This document shows positions 49,243 to 59,181 of a DNA stretch of 64,000 bases, piece after piece. Origin of the DNA: Desulfobacterales bacterium (GTDB taxonomy: Bacteria; Desulfobacterota; Desulfobacteria; Desulfobacterales; UBA2174); the NCBI GenBank assembly GCA_963668645.2, contig CAXXWC010000018.1, forward strand, positions 480,001 through 544,000, in the 5' to 3' direction. The position numbers were made by a program, and so were the translations under genes. The notes beneath the pieces were generated by a model. It saw nothing but the letters and a program-made list of their open reading frames with translations, ran no database searches and was not told the origin of the DNA. Every line of letters begins with the position of its first letter. Positions within the stretch are counted from its first letter, which is position 1.

Positions 49243-50043
49243 TCAGCCGAAGCGTACGGCAAGCATCGAGATCGAGCCACCTTCCACCCCTTGCACCGGA
49301 AAGGATCCCGCCTCTTGCGGCCGGCGCAGGCCGAGTAGATAGACAAACGGCAGGTAATGATCTGGGGTGGGCACGGCCAGGTGGGCATCCTCGCCGAGGG
49401 CCGCGTAATGGATCAGCGGATCGGGATCAGGGGCCGCCAGACCCTCGCGTACGCGCGCTTCAAAGCGCAGCGCCCATTCGAAAGGGGCGGCCTCCTGTTC
49501 GCTCCACCGGTAGCGCGCCAGGTTGTGGACGATGTTGCCGCTGCCGATGATCAGCACGCCTTCATGGCGCAGGGGCGCCAGCCGGCGGCCGATTTCGTAG
49601 TGCCAGGCTTCCGGGCGCGTATCGTCGATGCTCAGCTGCACCACCGGGATGTCGGCCTGCGGGAACATATGCACCAGCACCGACCAGGTGCCATGATCCA
49701 GGCCCCACTTCTCATCGAAGCGCACCGCATCCGGCGCGAGCAGATTCTTGACCCGCTGCGCCAGTTGCGGACTGCCCGGCGCCGGATATCGGATCCGGTA
49801 CAATTCTTCGGGAAATCCGGCAAAATCATGGATGGTGGGCGGGGCCTCATTTACGGTCACCATGCAAAACGGGATGTAGTAGTGGGCCGAAATGCTCAAG
49901 ATGGCCCGGGGACGCGGCAGGCTACGGCCGATGGCGGCCCAGCCTTCGGTGTACCGGTTCCGGGCCAAGGCGTTCATGGGATTGCCGTGGCCGACGAAGA
50001 CCACCGGCATCAGGTTTTCTTCCGCCTTCGCTTTGAAGTCCAT
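49243..50043 (-). CDS. ygiD: 4,5-DOPA dioxygenase-type extradiol dioxygenase (YgiD/LigB family)
   Basis: FVGHGNPM, ISAH, TIHDF, GLDHG.W, GSGNIVHNL, PTPDHYLP; start at 50043 or 50011. Confidence 0.9.
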   Translation of the reverse strand: MDFKAKAEENLMPVVFVGHGNPMNALARNRYTEGWAAIGRSLPRPRAILSISAHYYIPFCMVTVNEAPPTIHDFAGFPEELYRIRYPAPGSPQLAQRVKNLLAPDAVRFDEKWGLDHGTWSVLVHMFPQADIPVVQLSIDDTRPEAWHYEIGRRLAPLRHEGVLIIGSGNIVHNLARYRWSEQEAAPFEWALRFEARVREGLAAPDPDPLIHYAALGEDAHLAVPTPDHYLPFVYLLGLRRPQEAGSFPVQGVEGGSISMLAVRFG

Positions 50044-50099
50044 ACGCCTTCCTGATCCGTCTTGTGTCGCAACACCCTGAACTATTCTTTGGCAGGCGA

Positions 50100-50356
50100 T
50101 TTGCCTTTTGTCCAGTCCCTTGTAACCAGCGTTGATGCCCAGGCGGGCTTGATCGCAGAGGTGATGGCCGGCGTTGATGCGGGCGGCGACCTTGATGTCC
50201 GACGTGGCGGTGACCACGATGTTGTCGAGGGCCGTTTCCTCGTTTTCAGCGTCCGCAAGCAGCGGCCTGGGTGCTGGCCGCTTCAGCGACCGCCAAGGGC
50301 CGGCACCAGCCTATCAGTGCAAGCGCTGCGAGCAAAAGACAGATTCTTCGAAACAT
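50100..50356 (-). pseudogene. Remnant of a TonB-dependent receptor gene (signal peptide plus TonB box)
   Basis: SD AGGAGG then ATG 50356 MFRRICLLLAALALIGW..., stop at 50246-50248; adjacent frame reads EETALDNIVVTAT (TonB-box-like), then a short strand-like segment; no plug or barrel follows. Confidence 0.6.
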
Positions 50357-50543
50357 GCAATGCCTCCTCTTCCAACTCTATTGTTCCAATTTGCTGGGGT
50401 CGCGAAGGCTCCCACTTTTCCTCGATGGGGGGGGCATCACAGCGGAGTGACCACTCCCGATTTGATTTTCCACGGTGTTGCCGGTTGTTGCCGGCGGGCC
50501 AGCGCCCCGGGCCGGCGACCGGCTGCCTGGGGATTTGCTTTAT

Positions 50544-50680
50544 AGGGCGGGTGCCTCACCTCCTTGTCGGATCTTCCTAGCGGCTGCGCCTTCCCAGCCT
50601 TACGGCCAGTGGCATCGTGCAGCTTTCGTCCCCGATTTTCGCGGGGTTCCCTATTGAGCTCTTTCGAGCACCTGAACAAC
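50544..50680 (-). ncRNA. Cobalamin riboswitch, degenerate (internal deletion)
   Basis: Minus strand reads AGGTGC..GAAA..AATAGGGAA-CCCCG-CGAAAAT-CGGGG..GCCACTG..TGGGAAGGC..; the CCCG..ACTGT segment is missing and the 3' B12 box is degenerate. Confidence 0.7.
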
Positions 50681-50978
50681 GAGAAAGACAAGACAAAAAA
50701 CGCAACCGATGTCGAGAAAAAAGTCGTGACTTGTACCGGATTCCGGTTTGATGGAAAATTCGTGTCGGATAACTTGCGCAGGGAGGATTCGTGCCCCGAC
50801 TCAAGTGCGTTTTTTGCGGGGCGCGCGCCGGGCTGCACGGCCGCTGAGCCCACGCCCGTGTGGCCTGCAGGGACTGGGGGATGGAAATTTGCCCGTAAAG
50901 CCTATCGGGACCAGATCGAAGACTGGATGGAGACCGCCTGCGGGCTTGCCTGCGGTGATGATGCCGATGAAAAAGACG

Positions 50979-51830
50979 CTAGGGCCGCGATGCGAGCCAA
51001 TCGCCCACCCGATCGCTCAGCGCGGCGAACTCGGGCACACTGAGGGTCTCGGCCCGGCGGCCCGGATCGATGCCGGCCGCCGCCAGGAGGGTTTCGGCCG
51101 TGGCGCCGTTCAGGGCCAGGGCGCTGCCGGAAAGGGCGTTTTTGAGGGTTTTGCGGCGCTGGCCGAAGGCGGCTTGCACGACCCGGGCAAAGACGGCTTC
51201 GTCCCTGGCCGGGCTTGGCGGCGCCGTGAAGCGCACCTCGACCACGGTGGAATCGACCTTGGGCCGGGGAAAGAAGTGCTCGGCGCCCACCGCAAAGAGC
51301 CGGCGCACCTCGGCGCAGTAGGCCAGCATCACCGTCAGCCGGCCGTAGTCCCGCCCGCCGGGCGCGGCCGTGATCCGTTCGGCCAGCTCTTTTTGAAACA
51401 TGAGCACGGCCCGGTCGATGGCGGCGCGCTGGGCCACCAGGCGCACCAGCACCTGGGAAGAGATGTTGTAGGGCAGGTTGCCCAGCACCACCAGGGGGGC
51501 CCGGGGACCTGCCAGGGCGGCAAAATCGGTCTTCAGGATATCGGCCTGGACCAGTTCCACCGCCCCATGGCCGGCGGCGAGCAGTTCGGTGCGTAGCAAC
51601 TGCAACATCCGGGGGTCTTTTTCCACCGCGATCAGGCGGTCGGTCCGGCCGGCCAGGGCCAGGGTCAGGGCGCCCAAGCCGGGGCCGATCTCGAGCACCG
51701 TTTCGCCGGGCTCGATGGCGGCGGCGGCCGCGATGCGCTCCACGATCTGCGGCGCGTTGAGAAAATTCTGCCCCAGGGCCTTGTTGGCCTTCAACTCCCA
51801 GGCATCCATCAGGCTGCGCGGATTTCTCAT
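50979..51830 (-). CDS. rsmA: 16S rRNA m6,2A dimethyltransferase
   Basis: KALGQNFL, LEIGPGLG, GNLPYNIS, MFQKE, YGRL, F.PRPKVDS, AFGQRRKTL, RAETL. Confidence 0.97.
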   Translation of the reverse strand: MRNPRSLMDAWELKANKALGQNFLNAPQIVERIAAAAAIEPGETVLEIGPGLGALTLALAGRTDRLIAVEKDPRMLQLLRTELLAAGHGAVELVQADILKTDFAALAGPRAPLVVLGNLPYNISSQVLVRLVAQRAAIDRAVLMFQKELAERITAAPGGRDYGRLTVMLAYCAEVRRLFAVGAEHFFPRPKVDSTVVEVRFTAPPSPARDEAVFARVVQAAFGQRRKTLKNALSGSALALNGATAETLLAAAGIDPGRRAETLSVPEFAALSDRVGDWLASRP

Positions 51831-51991
51831 CACGGCCAGGACCTGTCGTGATTGACTTTCATACCGGTCTTTCTTAGCATTGGTACCGCTTTCGAGCTTT
51901 CATACGGGTATATCAGTTCCGGGACCGCCGCACAACGGCGGCCCGGCAAGGGGTACACAATCCGATTTTGCATTCCAAAGGAGTCCTGTCC

Positions 51992-54955
51992 ATGACCATC
52001 CCAACCCCCATCCAGGCCGGAGACCGCATCGGCGGCTACCGGGTCGAACGGGTCGAATCCATCGCCGAGCTGGACGTCACCCTGGTGGCATTGGTGCACC
52101 CGGCCAGCGGGGCCCGTCATCTGCACGTGGCCAACGCCGACGCGGAAAACGCCTTCAGCGTGGCCTTCAAGACCGTGCCGGCCGATTCCACCGGCGTGGC
52201 CCACATCCTGGAACATACGGTGCTTTGCGGCTCCCGGCGTTATCCCGTGCGCGATCCGTTCTTTTCCATGCTCAAGCGCAGCCTGAGCACCTTCATGAAC
52301 GCCTTTACCGCGTCGGACTGGACCATGTATCCCTTTTCGACGCAAAACCGCAAAGACTTTTACAACCTGATGGACGTTTACCTGGACGCGGCCTTTTTTC
52401 CGGTTATCGATCCGTTGAGCTTCAAGCAGGAAGGCCACCGGCTGGAATTCGAGAAGGGCGCGGACGGGACCGAGCGGCTGGTTTACAAAGGGGTGGTCTT
52501 CAACGAGATGAAAGGGGCCATGAGTTCGCCGGACCAGGTCATGGGCCGCGGCCTGCTCAACGCCCTTTACCCGGACACCACCTACCGTAACAACTCCGGC
52601 GGGGACCCGGCCGCCATCCCCGGTCTGACCCATGCGGATCTGGTCGCCTTTCACCAGCACCACTACCATCCGAGCAACGCTTTTTTCTACACCTACGGCA
52701 ACCTGCCCCTGGCCGATCATCTGGCCTTTATCGAAGAGCGGGTGCTGTCGCATTTTACCGCCATCGATCCGGGCACCGAGGTGCCCAATCAGCCGCGCTG
52801 GAGCGCGCCGCGCGAGGCCGTTTATGCCTATCCTTTGGCTCCGGGCGAGGATCCGGCGCGCAAGTACCAGGCCTGCGTGGCCTGGCTGGCGGCCGATATC
52901 CGCGACAGCTTCGAGGTCCTGGTACTCGAAATCCTCGAACAGATCCTGCTGGGCAACGACAGCGCACCGTTGCGCCGCGCCCTGATGGACTCCGGGCTGG
53001 GCACGGCCCTTTCCGACGGCAGCGGATTCGACGGCGACAACCGCGACACCCTCTTTGCCTGCGGGCTCAAGGAAGTGGCCGCCGACGCGGCTCCGGCCGT
53101 GGAGCGGATCGTTTTCGAGACCCTTGCGGCCCTGGTGCGCGATGGGGTTCCCGAGGACCTGGTGGAATCGGCGGTGCACCAGATCGAGTTTCACCGCAAG
53201 GAGGTCACCAACACCCCGTATCCTTACGGGCTCAAGCTTCTGCTCCATCTGGCCGGCGGGTGGCTGCACGGGGCCGATCCGGCACTGATGCTGCGCTTTG
53301 ACGAGGATCTGGCCCGGCTGCGCGCCGAGATGGCCAAGGGCGGTTTTTTCGAGGCGCGCATCGGCCGTTACTTTCTCGACAATCCGCACCGGGTGCGCTT
53401 CGTGCTGGCCCCGGACACCGAGATGGCCGCCCGGGACGCGGCCCGCGAGACAGCCGAGCTGGAAGCACGCCGGGCCGCCCTGACCCAGACCGAGACCGAG
53501 GCCATCCGGGCCGATGCCGAGGCCCTGGCCCGGCGCCAGGAAATGGATGAGGACGTCTCCTGCCTGCCCACCCTGGCGCTTTCCGAAATTGCGCCCCGCG
53601 TGCCGGTGAGCGCCCCGGCGGACCGTTACGGGAGCGCCCCGGCCCTCTGCTATCCCCAGCCCACGGCCGGCATCGTCTACCTGAGCGCCGTGGCCGGGAT
53701 CGGGCGCATCGCGCCGGCCCAGCGTGCGCTGATCCCCTTTTACTGCTATGCCGCTTCGCGCATCGGCACAAAGCGGCGTGATTACGCTGCCATGGCCCGG
53801 CGCATCGATACCTACACCGGCGGGCTGGGGCTGGCGGTCCAGGCGCGCACGCGCTTTGACGGCGAGCGCGATTGCCTACCCTTCGTCTCTCTGGCGGGAA
53901 AATCCCTGGTGCGCAACCACGAGACCATGTTCGAGATTCTGGCAGAGCTGCTGGCCGAGGCGGATTTTGCCGATCCGGCCCATATCCAGCGCCTTTTGCT
54001 CGAATACAAGGCCCACCATGATGCCATGGTGGTACACAACGGCCACCGGCTGGCCATGAGCCTGGCGGCGCGGCGCTTTTCGCCCACCGCGGCCCTCAAC
54101 GAAACCTGGGGCGGGGTCCATCAGCTCAAGGCCCTCAAGGCCCTTAGCCGCAGTCTGGACAACGGCGGGCGCGAGGGTCTGGTATCGGATCTTGCCGCTC
54201 TGGGAAGCGCCCTTTTCGGCAGCGGCAATCTGCAAATGGCCCTGGTGGCCGAGGAAGGGGCCATGGACAGGGCACGCGAGGCCCTCGGCGCTTTCAGCCG
54301 GGCCTTGCCGGAAGCGGTCCCGGCCTTCGAGGCCGAGCTGCCAGAAGTGCCGGCCGGGCCGGTCTACGAGGGCTGGTCCACCGCCACGGCGGTCTCCTTC
54401 GTGGCCCAGTGCTTTCCCACCGTGCGCCTGGGCCACGCAGACGCCCCGGCCCTGGCGGTGATCGCCAAGATGCTGCGCTCGCTCTATCTGCACCGCGAGA
54501 TCCGTGAAAAAGGCGGCGCCTACGGCGGATTTGCCGTCTACAGCATCGAGGACGGTCTTTTCAGCCTGGCCTCCTACCGGGATCCGCAGATCGCCCGCAC
54601 CCTGAAGGTCTTCCAGGGGACGGCCGATTTTCTGCTTTCCGGAAAATACACCGATGAGGACGTACACGAGGCGGTGTTGCAGGTCTGCTCCGAGATCGAC
54701 AAGCCCGACCCGCCCGGCCCGGCGGCCCGCAAGGCCTTTTTCCGGCGCGTGATCGGCCTGGACGACGAGGCCCGCCTGGGCTTCAAGCAGGGCCTGCTGG
54801 CCCTGGGCCGGGCCCGAGTGCGCCAGGCGGTGGAGGCCCATTTCGGTGCTGCGATGCGCGAATCGGCCGTGGCCGTGATCAGCTCCGAGGATCTGCTGGC
54901 CGCGGCCAACGCGGAGCTGAAAGACGCGCCGCTCAAGGTGCAGGCCATCGGCTAA
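51992..54955 (+). CDS. M16C family Zn metallopeptidase (presequence protease-like)
   Basis: GVAHILEHTVLCGS (HxxEH), FMNAFT, GVVFNEMKG, IREKGGAYG, SYRDP. Confidence 0.95.
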   Translation: MTIPTPIQAGDRIGGYRVERVESIAELDVTLVALVHPASGARHLHVANADAENAFSVAFKTVPADSTGVAHILEHTVLCGSRRYPVRDPFFSMLKRSLSTFMNAFTASDWTMYPFSTQNRKDFYNLMDVYLDAAFFPVIDPLSFKQEGHRLEFEKGADGTERLVYKGVVFNEMKGAMSSPDQVMGRGLLNALYPDTTYRNNSGGDPAAIPGLTHADLVAFHQHHYHPSNAFFYTYGNLPLADHLAFIEERVLSHFTAIDPGTEVPNQPRWSAPREAVYAYPLAPGEDPARKYQACVAWLAADIRDSFEVLVLEILEQILLGNDSAPLRRALMDSGLGTALSDGSGFDGDNRDTLFACGLKEVAADAAPAVERIVFETLAALVRDGVPEDLVESAVHQIEFHRKEVTNTPYPYGLKLLLHLAGGWLHGADPALMLRFDEDLARLRAEMAKGGFFEARIGRYFLDNPHRVRFVLAPDTEMAARDAARETAELEARRAALTQTETEAIRADAEALARRQEMDEDVSCLPTLALSEIAPRVPVSAPADRYGSAPALCYPQPTAGIVYLSAVAGIGRIAPAQRALIPFYCYAASRIGTKRRDYAAMARRIDTYTGGLGLAVQARTRFDGERDCLPFVSLAGKSLVRNHETMFEILAELLAEADFADPAHIQRLLLEYKAHHDAMVVHNGHRLAMSLAARRFSPTAALNETWGGVHQLKALKALSRSLDNGGREGLVSDLAALGSALFGSGNLQMALVAEEGAMDRAREALGAFSRALPEAVPAFEAELPEVPAGPVYEGWSTATAVSFVAQCFPTVRLGHADAPALAVIAKMLRSLYLHREIREKGGAYGGFAVYSIEDGLFSLASYRDPQIARTLKVFQGTADFLLSGKYTDEDVHEAVLQVCSEIDKPDPPGPAARKAFFRRVIGLDDEARLGFKQGLLALGRARVRQAVEAHFGAAMRESAVAVISSEDLLAAANAELKDAPLKVQAIG

Positions 54956-54987
54956 AACGGGGTGTGTCGCTGAAATGTGCTGGGTGA

Positions 54988-55974
54988 ATGAAAACTGAAA
55001 ACGATAAGGCCATCAAGGTTCAGGGGCTCGCCAAACGTTTTGGTGACGTTCAGGCCGTCGATGCGGTCGATTTTGAGGTGAATTCCGGCGAGCTGTTCGG
55101 TTTCTTAGGCCCCAACGGCGCGGGCAAGACCACCACCATCAACATGCTCACCGGCCTGGCGCGGCCGGATGCGGGATTGATCCGCATCGGTGGCATCGAT
55201 TGCACCCGCAATCCCAGGGCGGCCCAGCACCTGATCGGGGTGGTCCCGGACGAGAGCAACCTCTATCCGGAGCTGACCGGCTTCGAGAACCTCTGTTTTT
55301 GCGCCGCGCTTTACGGGATCGGCAAGACCGAGCGCCAGGGCCGTGCCCGGCAACTGCTGCAGGACTTCGGGCTGACCCCGGCGGCGCAGCGAAAGTTCGG
55401 CGGCTATTCCAAGGGGATGAAACGCAAGCTGACCATCGCTGCCGGGATCGTGCACCGGCCGCAGATCCTCTTTTTAGACGAACCGACCACCGGCATCGAT
55501 GTGGCCAGCGCCAGGCAGGTGCGCCAGCTCATCGCCGAACTGCACCGCAACGGAACCACCATCTTTCTGACCACCCATTACATCGAGGAGGCCGAGCGGC
55601 TTTGCGGCCGCATCGCGTTCATCGTGGCCGGCCGCATCGTGGGCGTCGACACGGTGGAAAACCTGATCCAGCCGGTCCGAGACAAGCACGTGGTGCAGAT
55701 TGCCTGCGAAAATCCGGATGGGGAGGTCTGCGCCGCTCTGGGCGAAGCGTTTCCCGGGCTGCAATTTACCGCACCTGAGGCCGGCCTGGTGCGGGTGGAG
55801 GCCAGTGCCCCGGTGCGGGTGGGACCGCTGGTGCGCTTTCTGGAAGAGCGCGGGGTCGAGGTCTGCGAGGCGCGCCGGATGCAGCCGTCTCTTGAAGAGG
55901 TCTTCGTGAAAATCACCGGCATCGAGGCCCGCGCCATGGGCAAGGAAAAGGAAAAGAAAGGCGGGGGCCGATGA
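54988..55974 (+). CDS. ABC exporter ATP-binding protein
   Basis: GPNGAGKTT, YSKGM, FLDEPT, TTHY. Confidence 0.93.
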   Translation: MKTENDKAIKVQGLAKRFGDVQAVDAVDFEVNSGELFGFLGPNGAGKTTTINMLTGLARPDAGLIRIGGIDCTRNPRAAQHLIGVVPDESNLYPELTGFENLCFCAALYGIGKTERQGRARQLLQDFGLTPAAQRKFGGYSKGMKRKLTIAAGIVHRPQILFLDEPTTGIDVASARQVRQLIAELHRNGTTIFLTTHYIEEAERLCGRIAFIVAGRIVGVDTVENLIQPVRDKHVVQIACENPDGEVCAALGEAFPGLQFTAPEAGLVRVEASAPVRVGPLVRFLEERGVEVCEARRMQPSLEEVFVKITGIEARAMGKEKEKKGGGR

Positions 55975-56708
55975 AACTCTGGATCGCCTTTGTCAGTATC
56001 CTGGCCAAGGACATGCGCACCTACTACCTCAAGCCGCCCAACATCAGTTGGGGCCTGATCTTTCCCCTGGCCTGGACGGGGATGTTTTTTATCAAGTCCG
56101 GCAGCGGGCTGGGCAGCATCGCAGCGGTGCTGCCCGGGGTGGTGGCTGTTTCCATCCTCTTCGGCACGACCTCCATGCTGGCGGTCACCGTGACCTTCGA
56201 AAAGAAGAACCGCTCCTTCGAGCGGCTGCTGCTCGCCCCGGTGCCCTTCGAAATTCTGATGCTGGCCAAGACCAGCGGGGCTATCCTCTTCGGTGCGACC
56301 AACGCCTTTGTGCCGGTGGCGATGGCGGCCTTTTTCGTCGATTTGTCGAATGTGGCATGGGGTGCCTTCGTCCCGGCGGTGGTCCTGATCGCGGTGGCCT
56401 CGACCTTCCTGGGGCTTTTCATCGCCGTGGCGGTGAGCGAGGTCTTCGAAGCCCAGACCTTTTCCAATTTCTTCCGCTTTCCCATGATCTTTCTTTGCGG
56501 CCTGTTCTTTCCCATCGAGCGGCTGCCGATCTTTTTAAAGCCGCTGGCCTACGTCTTTCCCCTGACCTACGGGGCCGATGTGCTCCATGGGGCCGTCAAC
56601 GGGGTTCACCGCATGCCCTTTTTTTTCGACCTGGCCATCCTCGGTCTTTTTTGCATCGGCCTGTTCGCAGCCAGCCTCTACAATATCCGCAGGCGCTGGA
56701 TCGCCTGA
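55971..56708 (+). CDS. ABC-2 type exporter permease
   Basis: Six TMs, FERLLLAP, PMIFLCGLFFP, PLTY. Confidence 0.9.
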   Translation: MKLWIAFVSILAKDMRTYYLKPPNISWGLIFPLAWTGMFFIKSGSGLGSIAAVLPGVVAVSILFGTTSMLAVTVTFEKKNRSFERLLLAPVPFEILMLAKTSGAILFGATNAFVPVAMAAFFVDLSNVAWGAFVPAVVLIAVASTFLGLFIAVAVSEVFEAQTFSNFFRFPMIFLCGLFFPIERLPIFLKPLAYVFPLTYGADVLHGAVNGVHRMPFFFDLAILGLFCIGLFAASLYNIRRRWIA

Positions 56709-56752
56709 TATCGCGCGCCGGGTCTGACGGCGGCAGTTTTAGAAGAAGAGGG

Positions 56753-57686
56753 TCAACGGAAGAATTCGAGACCATACCTGGCGGCGGTGGCGATGATGAT
56801 CGTGGCCAGCATCCATTTGATGATCCTGGCCGGGACGAACTTCTGGCAGCGGGCTCCGAGGTACATCCCCGCCATCCCGCCCACGCCGAACAAGAACCCC
56901 AGCAGCCAGTCCGGGGCCACCGACAGGTGGGGATAGAACGGGGCCATGGCCTGGTAAAAGCCCACCCCGGCCGAAAGTGCCCATCAGGGCCGCCCCAGCC
57001 ACGGTATGGACCGGAAGCCCGAAGACGGTCACGAAAAACGGCGCGATGATCGCTCCACCGCCGATCCCGTAGGTTCCGCCCACGATCCCCACCACGAAGC
57101 TCAGGGCGAGGATGCCCCATAAAGAGATGTCGAAGGTCTGGCCGCCGAAGGTGTATCCGAAGTGCCTGAGGGTGAAGTGGGTTGACCGGATCCTTTCCAG
57201 CCGTTTTCCGGCGTTTTCACCCGGATCTTCCTTTCCGGCGCGGCGGCGGCGCACCCTTGCGGTAAGTTGCCTTTCGGCGCCGCTGGCCCCGTTCTTTCGC
57301 AACAGGTCGCGCACCATCTTCAGCCCGACAAGCAGCAGCACCCCGGCGGCAAAGATCTTGAAGCGTGCCGGGTCTGGCAGCCAGGCGACGCGCAGCAGGG
57401 CACCGATAAAGACCCCCGGCAGGGTGCCGGCCACCACCAGCGCCAGGGGCCAGACCATGCGGCCTTCCTTCCAGTAGCGGTAGGCCCCGCTGGGGATGGC
57501 CACGACGTTGAAAAGCTGGTTGGTGGCGCTCACCGATGGGTGGGTGTAGCCGAGAACCGAGACCTGTAAGGGAAGGAGCAGGAAAGCGCCCGAGATCCCG
57601 CCCATGGAGGTGGAAAACGAGATGCCGAAGGCCACCAGGGGCGGAACCCAAAAGTCGATTTGAATGCCGGCGGTTTGAAAGAGCAT
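56753..57686 (-). pseudogene. TSUP (TauE/SafE) family transporter, frameshifted near 56972
   Basis: SMGGISGAFLLLP, GTYGIGGGAII; after GAALMGTF the homologous tail (AGVGFYQ..PDWLLG..GMYLGARCQK) continues in another frame (ORF 56753..56965). Confidence 0.8.
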
Positions 57687-57720
57687 GGCCGCCTCCGTTC
57701 CTAAAAAAACTTGACTAATA

Positions 57721-57746
57721 GACACGATAAATATAAAAATCGTGTC
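57721..57746. promoter_or_regulatory. Candidate operator of the TunR-like regulator
   Basis: Perfect inverted repeat GACACGAT-N10-ATCGTGTC between the divergent TSUP gene and the regulator. Confidence 0.65.
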
Positions 57747-57783
57747 AATAACCCTTAGCCGGATATGCCATGGACTGTCAAGT

Positions 57784-57923
57784 TCGTAAAATCACGCAGT
57801 TGTCATCCCGAGCACAAGCGAGGGATCTCTGTCGAAAATTTAATGTCAAATATATTCGGCAGGTTGAGATTTATTGCGGCAGGCTCTTCGGAATGACAAA
57901 GGCTGTTTGCGGCCTTTTTACGA
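57784..57923. repeat. Nested-palindrome intergenic element (MITE/REP-like)
   Basis: Outer TCGTAAAA/TTTTACGA; inner TTGTCATCCCG/CGGAATGACAA; further GATCT/AGAT pairing. Confidence 0.6.
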
Positions 57924-57930
57924 GGGTCTA

Positions 57931-58983
57931 ATGGATTGCCAAGAATTTGCACTGTCTCCTTTCGAAGACGGGGAACATTGCCTGGATCCGGTGGCTCTCG
58001 GCCGGCTGGAACAATCCTTCCGGGACTGGGCCGATGCCTCGCCGCGAAAGGATGTGCGCCGGTCGCGCCGCCGGGTGCTGCTCATCTTCCTGCTGATCCG
58101 CTACACCGGGGCCAGGCTTAACGAGGTTCTGGCCCTGGATCCTGGGGCGGATATCGACTGCGAGGAGCGCGCGGTGCGCTTCGGCGCTGCGGCGACCGAC
58201 AGGCAGGACAATTCCCGTTCGGTTCAGATCTCGGAGCCCCTGGCGGCCGAGATCCGAAGCACTCTGGACGACGGTGAATTTCGCGCCATGCTCGGAAACC
58301 GCTTCGGGGTGGATCCGGCCTTCGTGCGGCGCAAGTTCTACGAGCGGGCCGAGGCCTGCGGGTTTGCCAAGCATCTGGGCGGACCGGAAATGGTGCGCCG
58401 GGCCCGGGCCGTGGAAATGTTGCAGGCCAAGATGCCCCTGGCGGCCGTGGAAAAAATGTTCGGCTCCGCCATGCCCCAGCGCGCCGCGGCCCACATCTGC
58501 TTTTCCCCGGAGGAGATCGCCGAGGCCACGCGGCGCTACGTGGAGCGCGAGGGTTCGCGCAAAACCAGCGCCCGCAACATCTTTTTCGGCAAGATCACCT
58601 CGATCCGGCGTGGCGACATCCAGGCCCGGGTGACCCTGGTTACCGTGGCGGGCCAGGAGGTGAGCACCATCATTACCAACGACAGCCTGGAGCGGTTGGG
58701 GCTGATGGTGGGCGGCCTGATCAGCGCCGAGGTCAAGGCCCCCTGGGTGGTCCTGTACCGCGGGGAAAAAGAGCCGGTGTGCAGCGCAGAGAACCGTTTT
58801 TTCGGGGTCGTGGAACGCGTCGTGCGCGGCAAGATCAACACGGAGTGCGGGGTGCGCATCGCCGGCGGAAGCGAGCTGTGCGCCCTGGTGTCCAGCGAGT
58901 CAGGCCGGGGAGCGGCGATTGGGAAAGGCGAGCGGGTGTGGGCCGTCTTCAACGGCTTTGCGGTGATTTTGCATGCCGATTGA
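57931..58983 (+). CDS. TunR-family oxyanion-responsive regulator (tyrosine-recombinase-like DNA-binding domain plus two TOBE/Mop domains)
   Basis: LIRYTGARLNEVLAL (recombinase box I) with degenerate box II; TSARN..G, SAEN..G TOBE repeats. Confidence 0.85.
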   Translation: MDCQEFALSPFEDGEHCLDPVALGRLEQSFRDWADASPRKDVRRSRRRVLLIFLLIRYTGARLNEVLALDPGADIDCEERAVRFGAAATDRQDNSRSVQISEPLAAEIRSTLDDGEFRAMLGNRFGVDPAFVRRKFYERAEACGFAKHLGGPEMVRRARAVEMLQAKMPLAAVEKMFGSAMPQRAAAHICFSPEEIAEATRRYVEREGSRKTSARNIFFGKITSIRRGDIQARVTLVTVAGQEVSTIITNDSLERLGLMVGGLISAEVKAPWVVLYRGEKEPVCSAENRFFGVVERVVRGKINTECGVRIAGGSELCALVSSESGRGAAIGKGERVWAVFNGFAVILHAD

Positions 58984-59181
58984 GCAGTTGTTGCCGGTTA
59001 TGCGCTGCTGCGGCCAGGCGATACAACGGGTCAAAGGTCAGACGAGGGCACACTCATATTCGAGGAATTTTGGATCATCCGATATCAGGGACATCCCGTG
59101 AGTAATGGCCTGGGAAATGATCATCCGATCGAAGGGGTCCCTGTGATGCATCGGCAGCCGGCCTTATAAGGAATTACCCCT

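Noticed and set aside
49243..50217. N-terminally extended 324-aa YgiD
   Set aside because: The extension is better explained as TonB-receptor remnant sequence; dioxygenase homology begins near 50043-50011.
50700..51043. Plus-strand ORF 50564..51043 and fragment WKFARKAYRDQIEDW
   Set aside because: Overlaps the riboswitch remnant and the end of rsmA; no SD or recognisable family.
57931..58560. Tyrosine integrase marking a prophage or island
   Set aside because: Catalytic box II residues are missing and the domain is fused to TOBE repeats; fits a TunR-type regulator; no att sites or phage genes seen.
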